Source: Gemmatimonadales bacterium (GTDB lineage Bacteria; Gemmatimonadota; Gemmatimonadetes; Gemmatimonadales; GWC2-71-9). From it: a DNA stretch of 64,000 nucleotides. This document shows positions 1-11,166 of the stretch, piece after piece. The DNA lies in the NCBI GenBank assembly GCA_039915645.1, contig JBDSMX010000285.1, positions 238 to 64,237 on the forward strand. Direction: 5' to 3'. The translations under genes were made by a program, and so were the position numbers. Under the pieces are notes generated by a model. It saw nothing but the letters and a program-made list of their open reading frames with translations. It did no database searches and was not told where the DNA came from. Position 1 is the stretch's first letter. Each line of letters begins with the position of its first letter.

Positions 1-738
1 GTGTCGGCCTCGCTGATGCGATCGGGTGAGGCGAACACCTCCCCGCCGCCATTGCTGCCGCATCATCCGTCGCTCGACCACTATCGCGCGCTCTTTCTCT
101 CGCAGAACATGGGGCGGTACTTCGCCAACTCGTTGATCATCGCGCTGGGCGGGACCATCCTCGCCGTGCTGATCACCGGGATGGCGGGGTATGCCTTTGC
201 GAAACTCCGGTTCCGCGGCAGCAAGGCGATCTTCCGTGCCTTGCTCGCGGGGATGGTGATCCCGGGTCAGGTGGCGATGCTGCCGATGTTCATCCTGCTC
301 CGCGAAATGGGGCTGATCAACACCCTCTTTGGGGCGATGATCCCGGTGCTGGCGCCGATCTACGGCATCTTCCTCGTGCGGCAGTACGCGCTCTCGATTC
401 CCGATGATCTGCTCGACGCGGCGCGCCTGGATGGGGCGAGCGAATGGCGCGTCTTCCGGTCGATCGTGCTGCCGTCCCTTGGTCCGGTGCTCGCGACCCT
501 TGGCGTCTTCACCTTCCTGAGTGCCTGGAACGATTTCATGTGGCCGCTGATCGTGCTGAGCGATGACGCGCGCTACAACCTGCCGGTGGCACTCGCGAAT
601 CTCGCCGGCGAGCACGTGCAGGATGTGGAGCTGATGATGGCTGGCGCGGTGGTGACGGTGGTTCCGGTGTTCATCGCCTTCCTCTTCCTGCAGCGCTATT
701 ACATCCAGGGAATCATGGCGGGGAGCGTGAAGGGATGA
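1..738 (+). CDS. Carbohydrate ABC transporter permease (MalG-like), 5' end cut by the window edge
   Basis: The ORF is open from base 1. It is a multi-TM protein with the permease EAA-type loop 'LLDAARLDGASEWRVFRSIVLP'. Its stop overlaps the next start (ATGA at 735-738). Confidence 0.85.
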   Translation: MSASLMRSGEANTSPPPLLPHHPSLDHYRALFLSQNMGRYFANSLIIALGGTILAVLITGMAGYAFAKLRFRGSKAIFRALLAGMVIPGQVAMLPMFILLREMGLINTLFGAMIPVLAPIYGIFLVRQYALSIPDDLLDAARLDGASEWRVFRSIVLPSLGPVLATLGVFTFLSAWNDFMWPLIVLSDDARYNLPVALANLAGEHVQDVELMMAGAVVTVVPVFIAFLFLQRYYIQGIMAGSVKG

Positions 739-3700
739 TCGCCGCCGTGTTGCTGGCCGCCCTGATCGTGACGTCGCCACACGACACGTCACGGGTGCTC
801 GATAGCTTCGACCGGATCGATTCCTGGAGCGCGCACCCGGCTGATGGGGTCTCGCTGGAGTTGCATCCGGACCTCGGTCGACGCGGACGGGCGCTGCGAC
901 TCGACTTCGGCTTCACCGGCGGTGGCTACGCCATCGCGCGGCGCGCCCTCGACGTGCCATTGAGCGGAAATTACGCTTTCACTTTCTGGATCAAGGGGCG
1001 TGCGGCACCGAACACGCTTGAATTCAAGTTGATCGACCGGAGCGGCGAGAACGTCTGGTGGTACACCGAGCGCGATCGCCATTTCACGGGTGACTGGGAA
1101 AAGATCACCGTCCGGAAACGCCAGATTGCGTTCGCGTGGGGACCCAAAGGCGGCGGCGAGCTCAGCGAGGTCGCGGCGATCGAGCTGGTCATCACCTCCG
1201 GGAGCGGAGGAGGGAAGGGGAGCGTCTGGTTCGATGATCTCGCACTCACTTCGATGCCCGACAATGGACCGTATACTCTGACCCCTGCCATTGCCGCGTC
1301 GGCAAGTCGGCCCGGCCACCTGGCCAACGCTGCGATCGACGGAGACAGCAGCACCAGTTGGCGCGCGGCCACCGCCCGGCCATCACTCACGCTCGATTTT
1401 CTCCGCCGCCGCGAGTTCGGCGCGGTATCCCTGCTCTGGGAACCCGGCGCTGCACCCGCGCAGGTGACACTGCTTGCCTCCGATGATGCCAAGCGGTGGC
1501 GAGTCATTGGCTCGCGCCAGCGAGGGGGCGAGCGCGCGAATCATTTCTATCTCCCCGATAGTGACGCGCGCTACCTGCGGCTCGATCTCGTCGCGGCGTC
1601 ACCAGCCAGACCGGTCGGACTTCGTGAGTGGCGGATCGAATCGCTCGAGGCCGGCGCATCGCGCAATGCCTTCTTCAAGCTGGTCGCCGGTGACTCGCCG
1701 CGAGGCTCGTTCCCGCGCTACCTGAGCGGCGAGGCGTCGGCATGGACAGTGGTCGGCGTTGACGGCGCCCGCGACGAAGCCCTGCTCGGCGAGGATGGTG
1801 CCATCGAACCGGGGACCGGCGCCTTCAGCATTGAACCATTTCTGCAGGTCGGCGGGAAGTTGCACAGCTGGAGCAACGTGGCCCGCAGCGCTTCCCTCGC
1901 AATGGGAAAGCTGCCGATCCCCACGGTGAAGTGGGATCTTGCTGGTGCCTCGCTCGAGATCACGGCGTTTGCGCGGGGTTCCGCGACGGCGTCCCGCGTA
2001 ATCGGCCGCTATCGCGTGACCAATCGCGCCACTGCACCGATGCGGGGAACACTCTACCTCGCCATCCGGCCGTTTCAGGTCAATCCGCCGTGGCAGTTCC
2101 TGGGTACGCCGGGCGGCACCACTCGAATCGATTCGCTGCGGTGGGATCGTTCGCAGGTCACCGTGAACGGCCTGCGTGAGGTTCGCGCGCTGACTCCGGG
2201 GGCACGCTTTGGTGCGCTTCCGTTTGCGGGCGGCGAGATCGTTGCTTCCCTGCAGGAACAGGCGCTGCCGACGGCAACCGCCGTGCAGGATCCCTTCGGG
2301 GCCGCCTCCGGGGCCCTGGCCTGGCCGCTCGAGCTCGCCGCTGGCGCCAGCACGACCATCGACATCGAAGTGCCCTTCGATCGCGGCTTCCTGCCACCGG
2401 TTCGTGCGGCAGGAGTCGATACCGCCCTGCAGCAGGTAATCCGCGGATGGGAGCGCTCACTGGACGCAGCTGGCGTGCGGCTCCCCGGCGCAGGCGCGCG
2501 CATCGCCAACACCATTGCGAGTACGCTCGGCTACATCCTTATCAATCGGGATGGACCGGCACTCCAGCCAGGCTCGCGCTCCTACGAGCGATCGTGGATC
2601 CGTGACGGGGCGCTCACCTCCACAGCGCTGCTCAGATTTGGGCACGCCGCCGAGGTGCGGGAGTTTCTCCTCTGGTATGCCGGGTTCCAATATCCTGACG
2701 GCAAGATTCCCTGCTGCGTCGATCGTCGCGGGGCCGATCCAGTGGCTGAGCACGACAGTCACGGCGAGTTCATCTATCTGGCGATGGAGTACTTCCGGCA
2801 TACCGGCGATCGTGCGCTGCTCACACAGCTCTGGCCGCAGGTGAATGCCGCGGTGGGCTACCTCGACTCGCTGCGGCGAACGCACCGCACCAGCGAATAC
2901 CGGAACGGGGAACAGGCGCTCTATCACGGACTTCTGCCGCCGTCGATCAGCCACGAAGGGTATTCCGCGAAGGCGATGCATTCGTACTGGGACGACTTCT
3001 TCGCGCTGCGCGGCTTCAAGGATGCCGCTGCGATGGCCACGGCCCTGGGCCGGCCTGACGACGCGCGCCGGATCGGCGTCAGTCGTGATGAGTTTGCCGC
3101 CGACCTCTTTGCCTCGATCGACGCGGTGATGAAGACACTCCATATCGATTTCATTCCGGGCGCCGCCGATCTCGGCGATTTCGACGCTACGTCGACCACC
3201 ATCGCGCTCTCGCCGGTCGAGGAATTGCCTCGACTCCCGCGTGCGGCGGTCGAGCACACCTTCGAGCGGTATTTCACGAACGCCAGCGCGAGGTCGGTCG
3301 CCGGGAGTGCCTGGGAGAACTACACGCCTTACGAGCTGCGGACGGTCGGTGCCATGCTCCGGCTCGGGTGGAAAGCGCGGGCGCTTGCCATGCTCGATGC
3401 CTTCATGGCGGATCAGGAACCCACCGCATGGAATCAATGGCCCGAGGTCGTCTGGCACGATCGCACTGCGCCGAAGTTCATCGGGGACTTGCCGCATACC
3501 TGGGTTGGTTCGGACTTCCTTCGTTCCGCTGCGGATCTCTTCGTCTACGAGCGCGAGGCCGATAGTGCCCTGATTGTCGCCGCGGGAATCCCTGACGCCT
3601 GGCTCGTGGGTGAAGGTGTGACCGTGGAACGCCTGAGCACCTGGTGGGGACCACTCAGCTATACCGCGAAGCGTACCGCAACGACCACGGTGGTCACGGT

Positions 3701-3860
3701 ACCCGCAGGCCTCAATGTGCCGCCAGGAGGTCTGATCGTCCACGCGCCTGGTAGCAGTCGCCCGGTACGAATCCTTCTCAACGGAGCAGCTGTCCAGGCA
3801 TCAGCGGACGGCTCCGTCACGCTCCGTGCACTACCTGCCCGAATCGAATTCACACCATGA
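735..3860 (+). CDS. Large secreted or anchored glycoside-hydrolase-like protein: N-terminal CBM-like module, F5/8 type C (discoidin) domain, C-terminal (alpha/alpha)6 GH15-like domain
   Basis: 1041-aa ORF with a hydrophobic N-terminus 'MIAAVLLAALIV'. The discoidin-like stretch reads 'AAIDGDSSTSWRA...YLRLDL'. The GH15-like motif is 'YERSWIRDGAL', followed by 'EFIYLAMEYFRHTGD'. It is coupled to flanking genes by 4-nt overlaps. The family call comes from motif memory only. Confidence 0.6.
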   Translation: MIAAVLLAALIVTSPHDTSRVLDSFDRIDSWSAHPADGVSLELHPDLGRRGRALRLDFGFTGGGYAIARRALDVPLSGNYAFTFWIKGRAAPNTLEFKLIDRSGENVWWYTERDRHFTGDWEKITVRKRQIAFAWGPKGGGELSEVAAIELVITSGSGGGKGSVWFDDLALTSMPDNGPYTLTPAIAASASRPGHLANAAIDGDSSTSWRAATARPSLTLDFLRRREFGAVSLLWEPGAAPAQVTLLASDDAKRWRVIGSRQRGGERANHFYLPDSDARYLRLDLVAASPARPVGLREWRIESLEAGASRNAFFKLVAGDSPRGSFPRYLSGEASAWTVVGVDGARDEALLGEDGAIEPGTGAFSIEPFLQVGGKLHSWSNVARSASLAMGKLPIPTVKWDLAGASLEITAFARGSATASRVIGRYRVTNRATAPMRGTLYLAIRPFQVNPPWQFLGTPGGTTRIDSLRWDRSQVTVNGLREVRALTPGARFGALPFAGGEIVASLQEQALPTATAVQDPFGAASGALAWPLELAAGASTTIDIEVPFDRGFLPPVRAAGVDTALQQVIRGWERSLDAAGVRLPGAGARIANTIASTLGYILINRDGPALQPGSRSYERSWIRDGALTSTALLRFGHAAEVREFLLWYAGFQYPDGKIPCCVDRRGADPVAEHDSHGEFIYLAMEYFRHTGDRALLTQLWPQVNAAVGYLDSLRRTHRTSEYRNGEQALYHGLLPPSISHEGYSAKAMHSYWDDFFALRGFKDAAAMATALGRPDDARRIGVSRDEFAADLFASIDAVMKTLHIDFIPGAADLGDFDATSTTIALSPVEELPRLPRAAVEHTFERYFTNASARSVAGSAWENYTPYELRTVGAMLRLGWKARALAMLDAFMADQEPTAWNQWPEVVWHDRTAPKFIGDLPHTWVGSDFLRSAADLFVYEREADSALIVAAGIPDAWLVGEGVTVERLSTWWGPLSYTAKRTATTTVVTVPAGLNVPPGGLIVHAPGSSRPVRILLNGAAVQASADGSVTLRALPARIEFTP

Positions 3861-6800
3861 CCCAGAAGCACCAGCTGACCAATGGCAGGTATCTCGTCGG
3901 GGTTTCCTCGGCCGGCGCAGGATACTCTCGCCTTGGAGATATCGAGCTCACCCGCTGGTCTGGCGACGATACGCGTGATGCCGAAGGGTTCTTCGCCTAT
4001 CTCCGCGACGTCGAGACGGGACGCTTCTGGTCCGCCGGCGTCCAGCCTGCGCCGCAACGACCGGGCTGGTACCGAGTCAGCCTTGCCCCGGGCCTGGTCC
4101 GCATCGTTCGCCACGATGAGGGGATCGAGATTCGCACCGAAATCTCGGTAGGAGAGACCGGCAACGTCGAGCAGCGCAGCTACACCATTCACAATATGGG
4201 AAAGGTGGAGCGGCAGCTTGAGCTGACGACCTGCATTGAAGTCGTCCTGAATGTGGCAGGAGCCGATGCCGGGCACCCGGCCTTCTCGAAGCTCTTTGTG
4301 CAGACGGAATCGCTCCCGGGAGGCGCAGGATTGCTTGCGCGCCGGCGGCAGCGCAGCCCCGAGGATCCCACGCTGTATCTCGGCCACGCACTCGTCGATC
4401 CGGCCTCGGTGACGACCGGAAGCCTGGAATGCGAAACCGATCGGGCCCGCTTCATCGGTCGCGGGCATTCGCTGGCGGATCCGGTGGCGATGTCCAGCAT
4501 GGCGCCGCTTTCCGGCACCACTGGCAACGTTCTCGACCCACTCTTCGCCATGCGGCGCCGGTTCACGATTCCCGCAGGGGCGACGATTCAACTGGTCGGA
4601 ATCCTGGCTGCCGGCAACACCCGCGAGGAAGTCGAAACCCTGTTGCGCGATGCAGCAGGGCGCCCGGCGGACTTCAGCGGTGCCGTCACCGAGGGCATCA
4701 TCGATTCGCTCGAGATGCTCGCACGTGAGCGTCCACCGAGCATCCTGCCAGCGGCGGCTGTTGCGGCGGTTGCGCCGGCGGATGAAGCGCTCCGATTCTA
4801 CAATGGCGTTGGCGGGTTCAGCGCCGACGGCAGCGAATACGTGGTGAGGATCGACCGCACCGAGGCCGGACTCCGACTGCCGCCGCTCCCGTGGACCAAT
4901 GTGGTCGCGAATCCCGACGCCGGCTTCGTGGCCTCGGAGACCGGGCTCGGTTTCACCTGGGTTGGCAACAGCAGGGAGAACCGGCTCACGCCCTGGTTCA
5001 ACGACCCCGTGACCGACCCGGTGGGCGAGGCGCTCTATCTGGTCGATCGGACGCGCGGCACTTACTGGTCACCGACGCCGGCCCCAGTGCCGGGCAGCGG
5101 CCCCTACGAGACCCGTCACGGCTTTGGCTACAGTACCTGGCGACATACGTCGTCGGATCTGGTCCAGGAGGTCGTCGCGTTCGTGGCGACCAAGGATCCC
5201 GTGAAGATCGTCCGCCTTCGGGTGACCAACACCGGTACCGAACGGCGATCACTCGCCCTCGCCTGGTACGGAGAGTGGGTACTCGGCGGCGTGCGCTCGG
5301 CAACGGCCGCCACCACGGTCACCGAGTCCGCCTCGAGTGGTCGCGTATTGCTTGCACGAAATTCCGGCAGTCGGGACGTCGCTAGCTCGGTGGCCTTCGC
5401 TGCAATCAATGGCGAATCGAGCACGCCGGTCGAGTTCACCGGCGATCGCGCAACTTTCCTGGGACGCTATGGCAGTGCGGCCGCACCCGAGGCGATCAGG
5501 AAAGACGCGCCACTCGACGGACGGACCGGTGCCAGTCTCGATCCCTGTGCTGCGTTTCGCATCACGGCGGACGTGGAACCAGGTGCCACGCTCGAGTGGT
5601 CGATTCTGCTCGGTCAGACCCCCTCCCGCGAGGCCGCACTCGGCATCGTGGCTCGCTTCGACACGCCCGATGCCGTGGCCGCCGAACTCGATGCGGTACA
5701 AGCAGGGTGGCGGGAACGCCTCGGAGCAGTACAGATCGAGACACCGGTGCCTGCCATCGATTTGATGGTGAATGGCTGGCTGGCATACCAGAACCTGAGC
5801 TGCCGCATCTGGGCGCGCTCGGCGATGTATCAATCCGGCGGCGCGTTCGGGTACCGCGATCAATTGCAGGACGCCGCCTCGATGGTCTATCACTCGCCCG
5901 ATCTCACTCGCGAGCAGATCCTGCTGCATGCGGCCAATCAGTTCGTCGAAGGCGATGTGATGCACTGGTGGCATCCCCCTGCGGGGCGAGGCATCCGCAC
6001 ACGCTTCGCCGACGATCTCCTCTGGCTGCCACTGTTGGCACAGTACTACGTCGACACCACGGGCGATCGCTCCGTCTACGACGAGTCGGCGCGATTCCTG
6101 ACGGCGCGGGCGTTGCACGAGGGCGAGGACGAAGCATTTCTCGAGCCCACCGATTCCGGTACCGCTGCGTCAGTCTACGAGCACTGCTGCCGAGCGCTCG
6201 ATCGATCGCTCGCCGCGGGAGTACACAACCTCCCCTTCATCGGGACCGGCGACTGGAATGACGGCATGAATCGCGTCGGCCGCCTCGGCCGCGGCGAGAG
6301 TGTCTGGATGGGCTTCTTCCTCTATGCCATCCTGGAGCGTTTCATCCCGACCGTGGTCGCGCGCGGTGAGGCCGAGCGCGCCGAACGTTACCGCGCGCGG
6401 ATGCGTACGCTGCATGCGGCACTTAACGAGGGTGGCTGGGACGGCGGCTGGTATCGCCGTGCCTATTACGACGACGGTGCGCCACTCGGCTCCGCCTCGA
6501 GCGACGAGTGCCAGATCGACGCCATCGCGCAGGCGTGGTCAGTGCTGGCAGGGGTGGCATCGCCTGAACGTGCAGCGATCGCACTCGACGCGATGGAGTC
6601 GCGCCTCGTCGACGAAGAGGCCGGGATCATTCGGCTCCTGACACCTCCGTTTGACAAGACTCCGCACGACCCCGGCTACATCAAGGGCTATCTCCCTGGT
6701 GTGCGCGAGAATGGAGGTCAGTACACCCACGCAGCGCTCTGGGCGGTGCGTGCGCTCGCGGAAGCGGGTCGACGCGATCGTGCGGTGCACCTCTTCGAAA

Positions 6801-7261
6801 TGCTGAGTCCGGTCACCCGAGGCGGATCACCGGCAGCGATTGCGACCTATCAAGTGGAACCCTATGTGGTTGCGGCCGATGTGTACGGCGAGGCGCCGCA
6901 TACGGGGCGTGGCGGCTGGACCTGGTACACCGGCTCAGCGGGCTGGATGTTCCGGGTGGCGTTTGAATCGCTGCTCGGCATCACCACCGTGGCGGGGCGC
7001 ACCCTGGTACTGCGCCCATGCATCCCGGCCGAATGGCCCGGCTTCACGGTGCGGTACCGGCTTCCGGGTGATGCCACACGGTACCGGATCGTCGTTCGGC
7101 AAACGAACGCGGCAAGTGCCGTCCGGTCGGCCACTGCGGCCGCGCGCGTGGTCGACGGTGCAATCACTATTGATCTCGTGCGCGACGGCGGTGAACATCT
7201 GGTCGAGGTCGATCTCGGCGATGACGTCGGGACCAGCTACCGGCCGAGTGCCTCGCCGTGA
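3857..7261 (+). CDS. GH94 glycoside phosphorylase, long form (1,2-beta-oligoglucan phosphorylase / cyclic-glucan-synthase phosphorylase-domain-like)
   Basis: 1134 aa. The GH94 catalytic-region signature is 'YQSGGAFGYRDQLQDAASMVY...VEGDVMHWWHP...GTGDWNDGMNRVG'. The N-terminus 'GYSRLGDIELTRWSGDDTRDAEGFFAYLRD' resembles NdvB/SOGP-type proteins. ATGA overlap with the upstream gene. Confidence 0.8.
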   Translation: MTQKHQLTNGRYLVGVSSAGAGYSRLGDIELTRWSGDDTRDAEGFFAYLRDVETGRFWSAGVQPAPQRPGWYRVSLAPGLVRIVRHDEGIEIRTEISVGETGNVEQRSYTIHNMGKVERQLELTTCIEVVLNVAGADAGHPAFSKLFVQTESLPGGAGLLARRRQRSPEDPTLYLGHALVDPASVTTGSLECETDRARFIGRGHSLADPVAMSSMAPLSGTTGNVLDPLFAMRRRFTIPAGATIQLVGILAAGNTREEVETLLRDAAGRPADFSGAVTEGIIDSLEMLARERPPSILPAAAVAAVAPADEALRFYNGVGGFSADGSEYVVRIDRTEAGLRLPPLPWTNVVANPDAGFVASETGLGFTWVGNSRENRLTPWFNDPVTDPVGEALYLVDRTRGTYWSPTPAPVPGSGPYETRHGFGYSTWRHTSSDLVQEVVAFVATKDPVKIVRLRVTNTGTERRSLALAWYGEWVLGGVRSATAATTVTESASSGRVLLARNSGSRDVASSVAFAAINGESSTPVEFTGDRATFLGRYGSAAAPEAIRKDAPLDGRTGASLDPCAAFRITADVEPGATLEWSILLGQTPSREAALGIVARFDTPDAVAAELDAVQAGWRERLGAVQIETPVPAIDLMVNGWLAYQNLSCRIWARSAMYQSGGAFGYRDQLQDAASMVYHSPDLTREQILLHAANQFVEGDVMHWWHPPAGRGIRTRFADDLLWLPLLAQYYVDTTGDRSVYDESARFLTARALHEGEDEAFLEPTDSGTAASVYEHCCRALDRSLAAGVHNLPFIGTGDWNDGMNRVGRLGRGESVWMGFFLYAILERFIPTVVARGEAERAERYRARMRTLHAALNEGGWDGGWYRRAYYDDGAPLGSASSDECQIDAIAQAWSVLAGVASPERAAIALDAMESRLVDEEAGIIRLLTPPFDKTPHDPGYIKGYLPGVRENGGQYTHAALWAVRALAEAGRRDRAVHLFEMLSPVTRGGSPAAIATYQVEPYVVAADVYGEAPHTGRGGWTWYTGSAGWMFRVAFESLLGITTVAGRTLVLRPCIPAEWPGFTVRYRLPGDATRYRIVVRQTNAASAVRSATAAARVVDGAITIDLVRDGGEHLVEVDLGDDVGTSYRPSASP

Positions 7262-8589
7262 CTGCGAATGACGTCGGAGTAGAAGCGCGAGCTGGCTTTC
7301 GGGATGCGGCGCTGATCGACCTTGTCGACGCGGAAGAGCCCGAAGGTTTTGGCGAAACCAGCGCTCCACTCGAAATTGTCGAGCAGTGACCAGGCGAAAT
7401 AGCCGCGCACGTCAGCGCCTTGGCGGATCGCATCGTGCACCGCCATCAGATGGGTGCGGAAATAGTCGACTCGCAGCGGGTCGTGCACCAGTTCGGCATC
7501 GGCAGCGTCCGTATCCAGGAAGGCCGCGCCGTTTTCGGTGATGTAGAGCGGAACCGCCGGATAGCGTTCCGTGATCCAGAGGAGCACATCGGTAAGAGCC
7601 GCCGGGTAGACTTCCCAGTCGAGCGTGGTGTGCAGCGTGGCGTTTTGACGGACGCGCCCTGCGCGGATCGGCAGGGCAGTGGGATCATCGCAGGTCACGT
7701 TTCTGGTGTAGTAGTTGATGCCCAGGAAGTCGAGCGGCTGCTGAATCAGGGCGAAGTCGTCTTCGGGGAAATGCGGCCAGTCGGCGCCGAAGATCTCGGC
7801 CAGCTCCTCGGGATACCGACCGAAGAAGACTGGATCGAGGAACTGCCGGTTCATGTAGGCGTCGGCGCGGCGGGTGGCGGCGAGATCTTCAGGCCGATCG
7901 GTCGCGGGATATTTCGGTTCGAGGTTCACCACGAGCCCCGCCGATTTCCCTCCCTCGGCGCGAATCGCCTGCAGCCCGGCGCCGTGGGCCCGGAGCAGAT
8001 TGTGGCTTGCCAGTGGTGTTTCGGCCGTGCTCTGATGGCCCGGCGCGTGCACGCCATGCAGATAGCCGGCGTCGGAGACGACCCAGGGTTCGTTAAGCGT
8101 GGTCCACATCGGCACTCGGTCGCCAAGGGTTCGCACAACGATGCTGGCGTAGTCGGCAAACCAGCCGGCGACATCGCGATTGAGCCAGCCGCCGAGGTCA
8201 TCGAGTGCGGCAGGAAGATCCCAGTGGTATAGAGTTACCGATGGGGCGATGCCTTTCTGGAGCAGGCGATCGACGAGTCGGTCATAGAAGTCGAGTCCGG
8301 CTTTGTTGATGCCACCTCGCCCGGTCGGGAGGACGCGACTCCAGGAGATGCTGAAGCGGTAGGCATTGAGCTCGAGTTCGCGCATCAGATCGACATCGTC
8401 GGACCATCGGTGGTAGTGATCACATGCGATATCACCAGTGTCACCGTTGTCGATCCGGCCGGGCTCATGAACAAAGCGGTGCCAGTTGCTGGGGCCGGCC
8501 CCGTCGGCAAGCGGCGAGCCCTCGACCTGATAGGCCGAGGTGGCGGCACCCCAGAGGAAATCGGCGGGAAAGCGGATTGTCTCAGACAA
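7237..8589 (-). CDS. GH1 beta-glucosidase
   Basis: N-terminus 'FPADFLWGAATSAYQVEG'. Acid/base motif 'TLNEPW' and nucleophile motif 'ITENGAA'. The start at 8589 is TTG. The 3' end overlaps the convergent GH94 gene by 25 nt. Confidence 0.92.
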   Translation of the reverse strand: MSETIRFPADFLWGAATSAYQVEGSPLADGAGPSNWHRFVHEPGRIDNGDTGDIACDHYHRWSDDVDLMRELELNAYRFSISWSRVLPTGRGGINKAGLDFYDRLVDRLLQKGIAPSVTLYHWDLPAALDDLGGWLNRDVAGWFADYASIVVRTLGDRVPMWTTLNEPWVVSDAGYLHGVHAPGHQSTAETPLASHNLLRAHGAGLQAIRAEGGKSAGLVVNLEPKYPATDRPEDLAATRRADAYMNRQFLDPVFFGRYPEELAEIFGADWPHFPEDDFALIQQPLDFLGINYYTRNVTCDDPTALPIRAGRVRQNATLHTTLDWEVYPAALTDVLLWITERYPAVPLYITENGAAFLDTDAADAELVHDPLRVDYFRTHLMAVHDAIRQGADVRGYFAWSLLDNFEWSAGFAKTFGLFRVDKVDQRRIPKASSRFYSDVIRSHGEALGR

Positions 8590-8603
8590 GGAAGGGCATC
8601 TCG

Positions 8604-9692
<1,089 letters not shown>

Positions 9693-9708
9693 GCGGCCAA
9701 GCGGGACA

Positions 9709-11166
9709 TCACGGCGTCGTGCGACGCCGTGGAATCGCGGTACCGTGACATGCGGTACAGAGCTGCGGATTCTTCTTCAGCATCAGTTCCGCGTTGAAGC
9801 CGGGGCCGTGCGGATTGAAGCCTCGCCCCCCCACCACCGAATGACAGGTCAGACAATCGCGCTCAACGTGGCAGGAGACGCAACTCTCCAGCCCCTGTCG
9901 CGCGGCCTTGCCATGCCCGAGGAAGAACTGGCGATTGTTGTCGTGGTAGCCTGACGCCCCCAGGAGCGTGCGCTTCGCCGTGACGCCAGCCTGGTTGTGG
10001 CAGGTCTGGCAAAACTCGCCCGTGTTGTGACAGTCGGCGCACGAACTCGCTCGTGAGTAACCGTCTGCCGGATGGCGTGTGAGGTAACCAGCGGGGTGAA
10101 ATGCTCCGCGGCGCGCGGTGTTGGGCACGTGGCAGGTGAGGCACTCCTGCCGTTGATGACACGAGGCACAACTGCGATTACTCGCCGCCGCAACGGGCCC
10201 GTGCCCGGCCTTCCGCCACATCGGGGTATGGGTGGCGGGCATCTTCGCCACGGTCTGCGCACCGGCCGACCGACCAGGCGCCGCAGCGAGCAGGGCTCGT
10301 GCCGGCGCGGGCATCGCACCCGAGTGGCAGGTGGCGCAACTCTCCTGGGTGTGACAGCTGCGGCAGGTGGCTGCGTTGGCCCCTGCCAATGCGCCGTGGC
10401 GAGTCTCGAAGTCGGCCGCAGCATGCGAGGTGGGAGCCTTCAACACATGTGGGGCGAGCAGCGATCGGGGGTCCGGCAACAGTGCCTGGATACTGGCCAG
10501 CTCGGATGCATTCACGTGGCACGATGAGCAGAAGTCGCGCGCGTGACAGGTGGCGCAGCTCTGTGCGACCCGGGCCGAACCTGAGGTGTGTTTCGCCAGC
10601 GCGCCGTGCCCCTGCGCCGACATGAAGTTTGCCCCGCGGTGGGAGGGTGGAGCAGGGAAGGCACTGATCCGTTCGCGCGTGAGGGCCTTCGCCTGCGCGA
10701 GTGGCAGGTGGCAGGTCGCGCAGGCCGTGTCGGGGAGGGTGAGGTGGTCGCCTCCACCGGCAGTATGACAAGCGACGCATTGCGGTGCGACCGGCGCCCG
10801 CACCTGCATCCAGCTGCTGGCGGGGGGAGCGTGGCAGTCGGCGCAGGTCGAAGCCGTGTCGCCCCGGCTGCGGCGCGCGGCGGAATGTTGCTGGTGATCA
10901 AAGCGCAGGTTCGAGATCCGAGGCACGGTGCGCGGCTGCCACTCCACCCGTTTCTGCACGACCCCATTATGACAACTGGTACACGTCGCGGCCGGTGGAA
11001 AGGTGGTCGCGCCAGGCGCGTCGATGCCGGCATGGCAGAGCGCGCAACTGACGAAGAGTTTGGCGTGCCGACTGTGGTCGAAGCGCTCGAGCCGTTGTTG
11101 CCCTGCCGCTCGTGAGACGAGCAGCGAGCCGACGGCGACGGCGAGAAGCGTGAGGCGACGGATCAC
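9709..11166 (-). CDS. Periplasmic multihaem cytochrome c (16 CxxCH motifs)
   Basis: GTG start at 11166 gives the signal peptide 'VIRRLTLLAVAVGSLLVSRAAGQQ'. It forms a GTGA overlap with the upstream stop (11163-11166). I counted 16 CxxCH motifs. The ORF-track extension to 11631 is Arg-rich and overlaps the upstream gene. Confidence 0.85.
   Translation of the reverse strand: MIRRLTLLAVAVGSLLVSRAAGQQRLERFDHSRHAKLFVSCALCHAGIDAPGATTFPPAATCTSCHNGVVQKRVEWQPRTVPRISNLRFDHQQHSAARRSRGDTASTCADCHAPPASSWMQVRAPVAPQCVACHTAGGGDHLTLPDTACATCHLPLAQAKALTRERISAFPAPPSHRGANFMSAQGHGALAKHTSGSARVAQSCATCHARDFCSSCHVNASELASIQALLPDPRSLLAPHVLKAPTSHAAADFETRHGALAGANAATCRSCHTQESCATCHSGAMPAPARALLAAAPGRSAGAQTVAKMPATHTPMWRKAGHGPVAAASNRSCASCHQRQECLTCHVPNTARRGAFHPAGYLTRHPADGYSRASSCADCHNTGEFCQTCHNQAGVTAKRTLLGASGYHDNNRQFFLGHGKAARQGLESCVSCHVERDCLTCHSVVGGRGFNPHGPGFNAELMLKKNPQLCTACHGTAIPRRRTTP

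Noticed and set aside
8424-8603. Upstream extension of the ABC ATPase ORF (ORF-track start 8424)
   Set aside because: The extension is Arg/Pro-rich and lies entirely antisense within the GH1 gene. ABC ATPases of this family begin a few residues before 'L..I.K.Y', as they do from ATG 8604.
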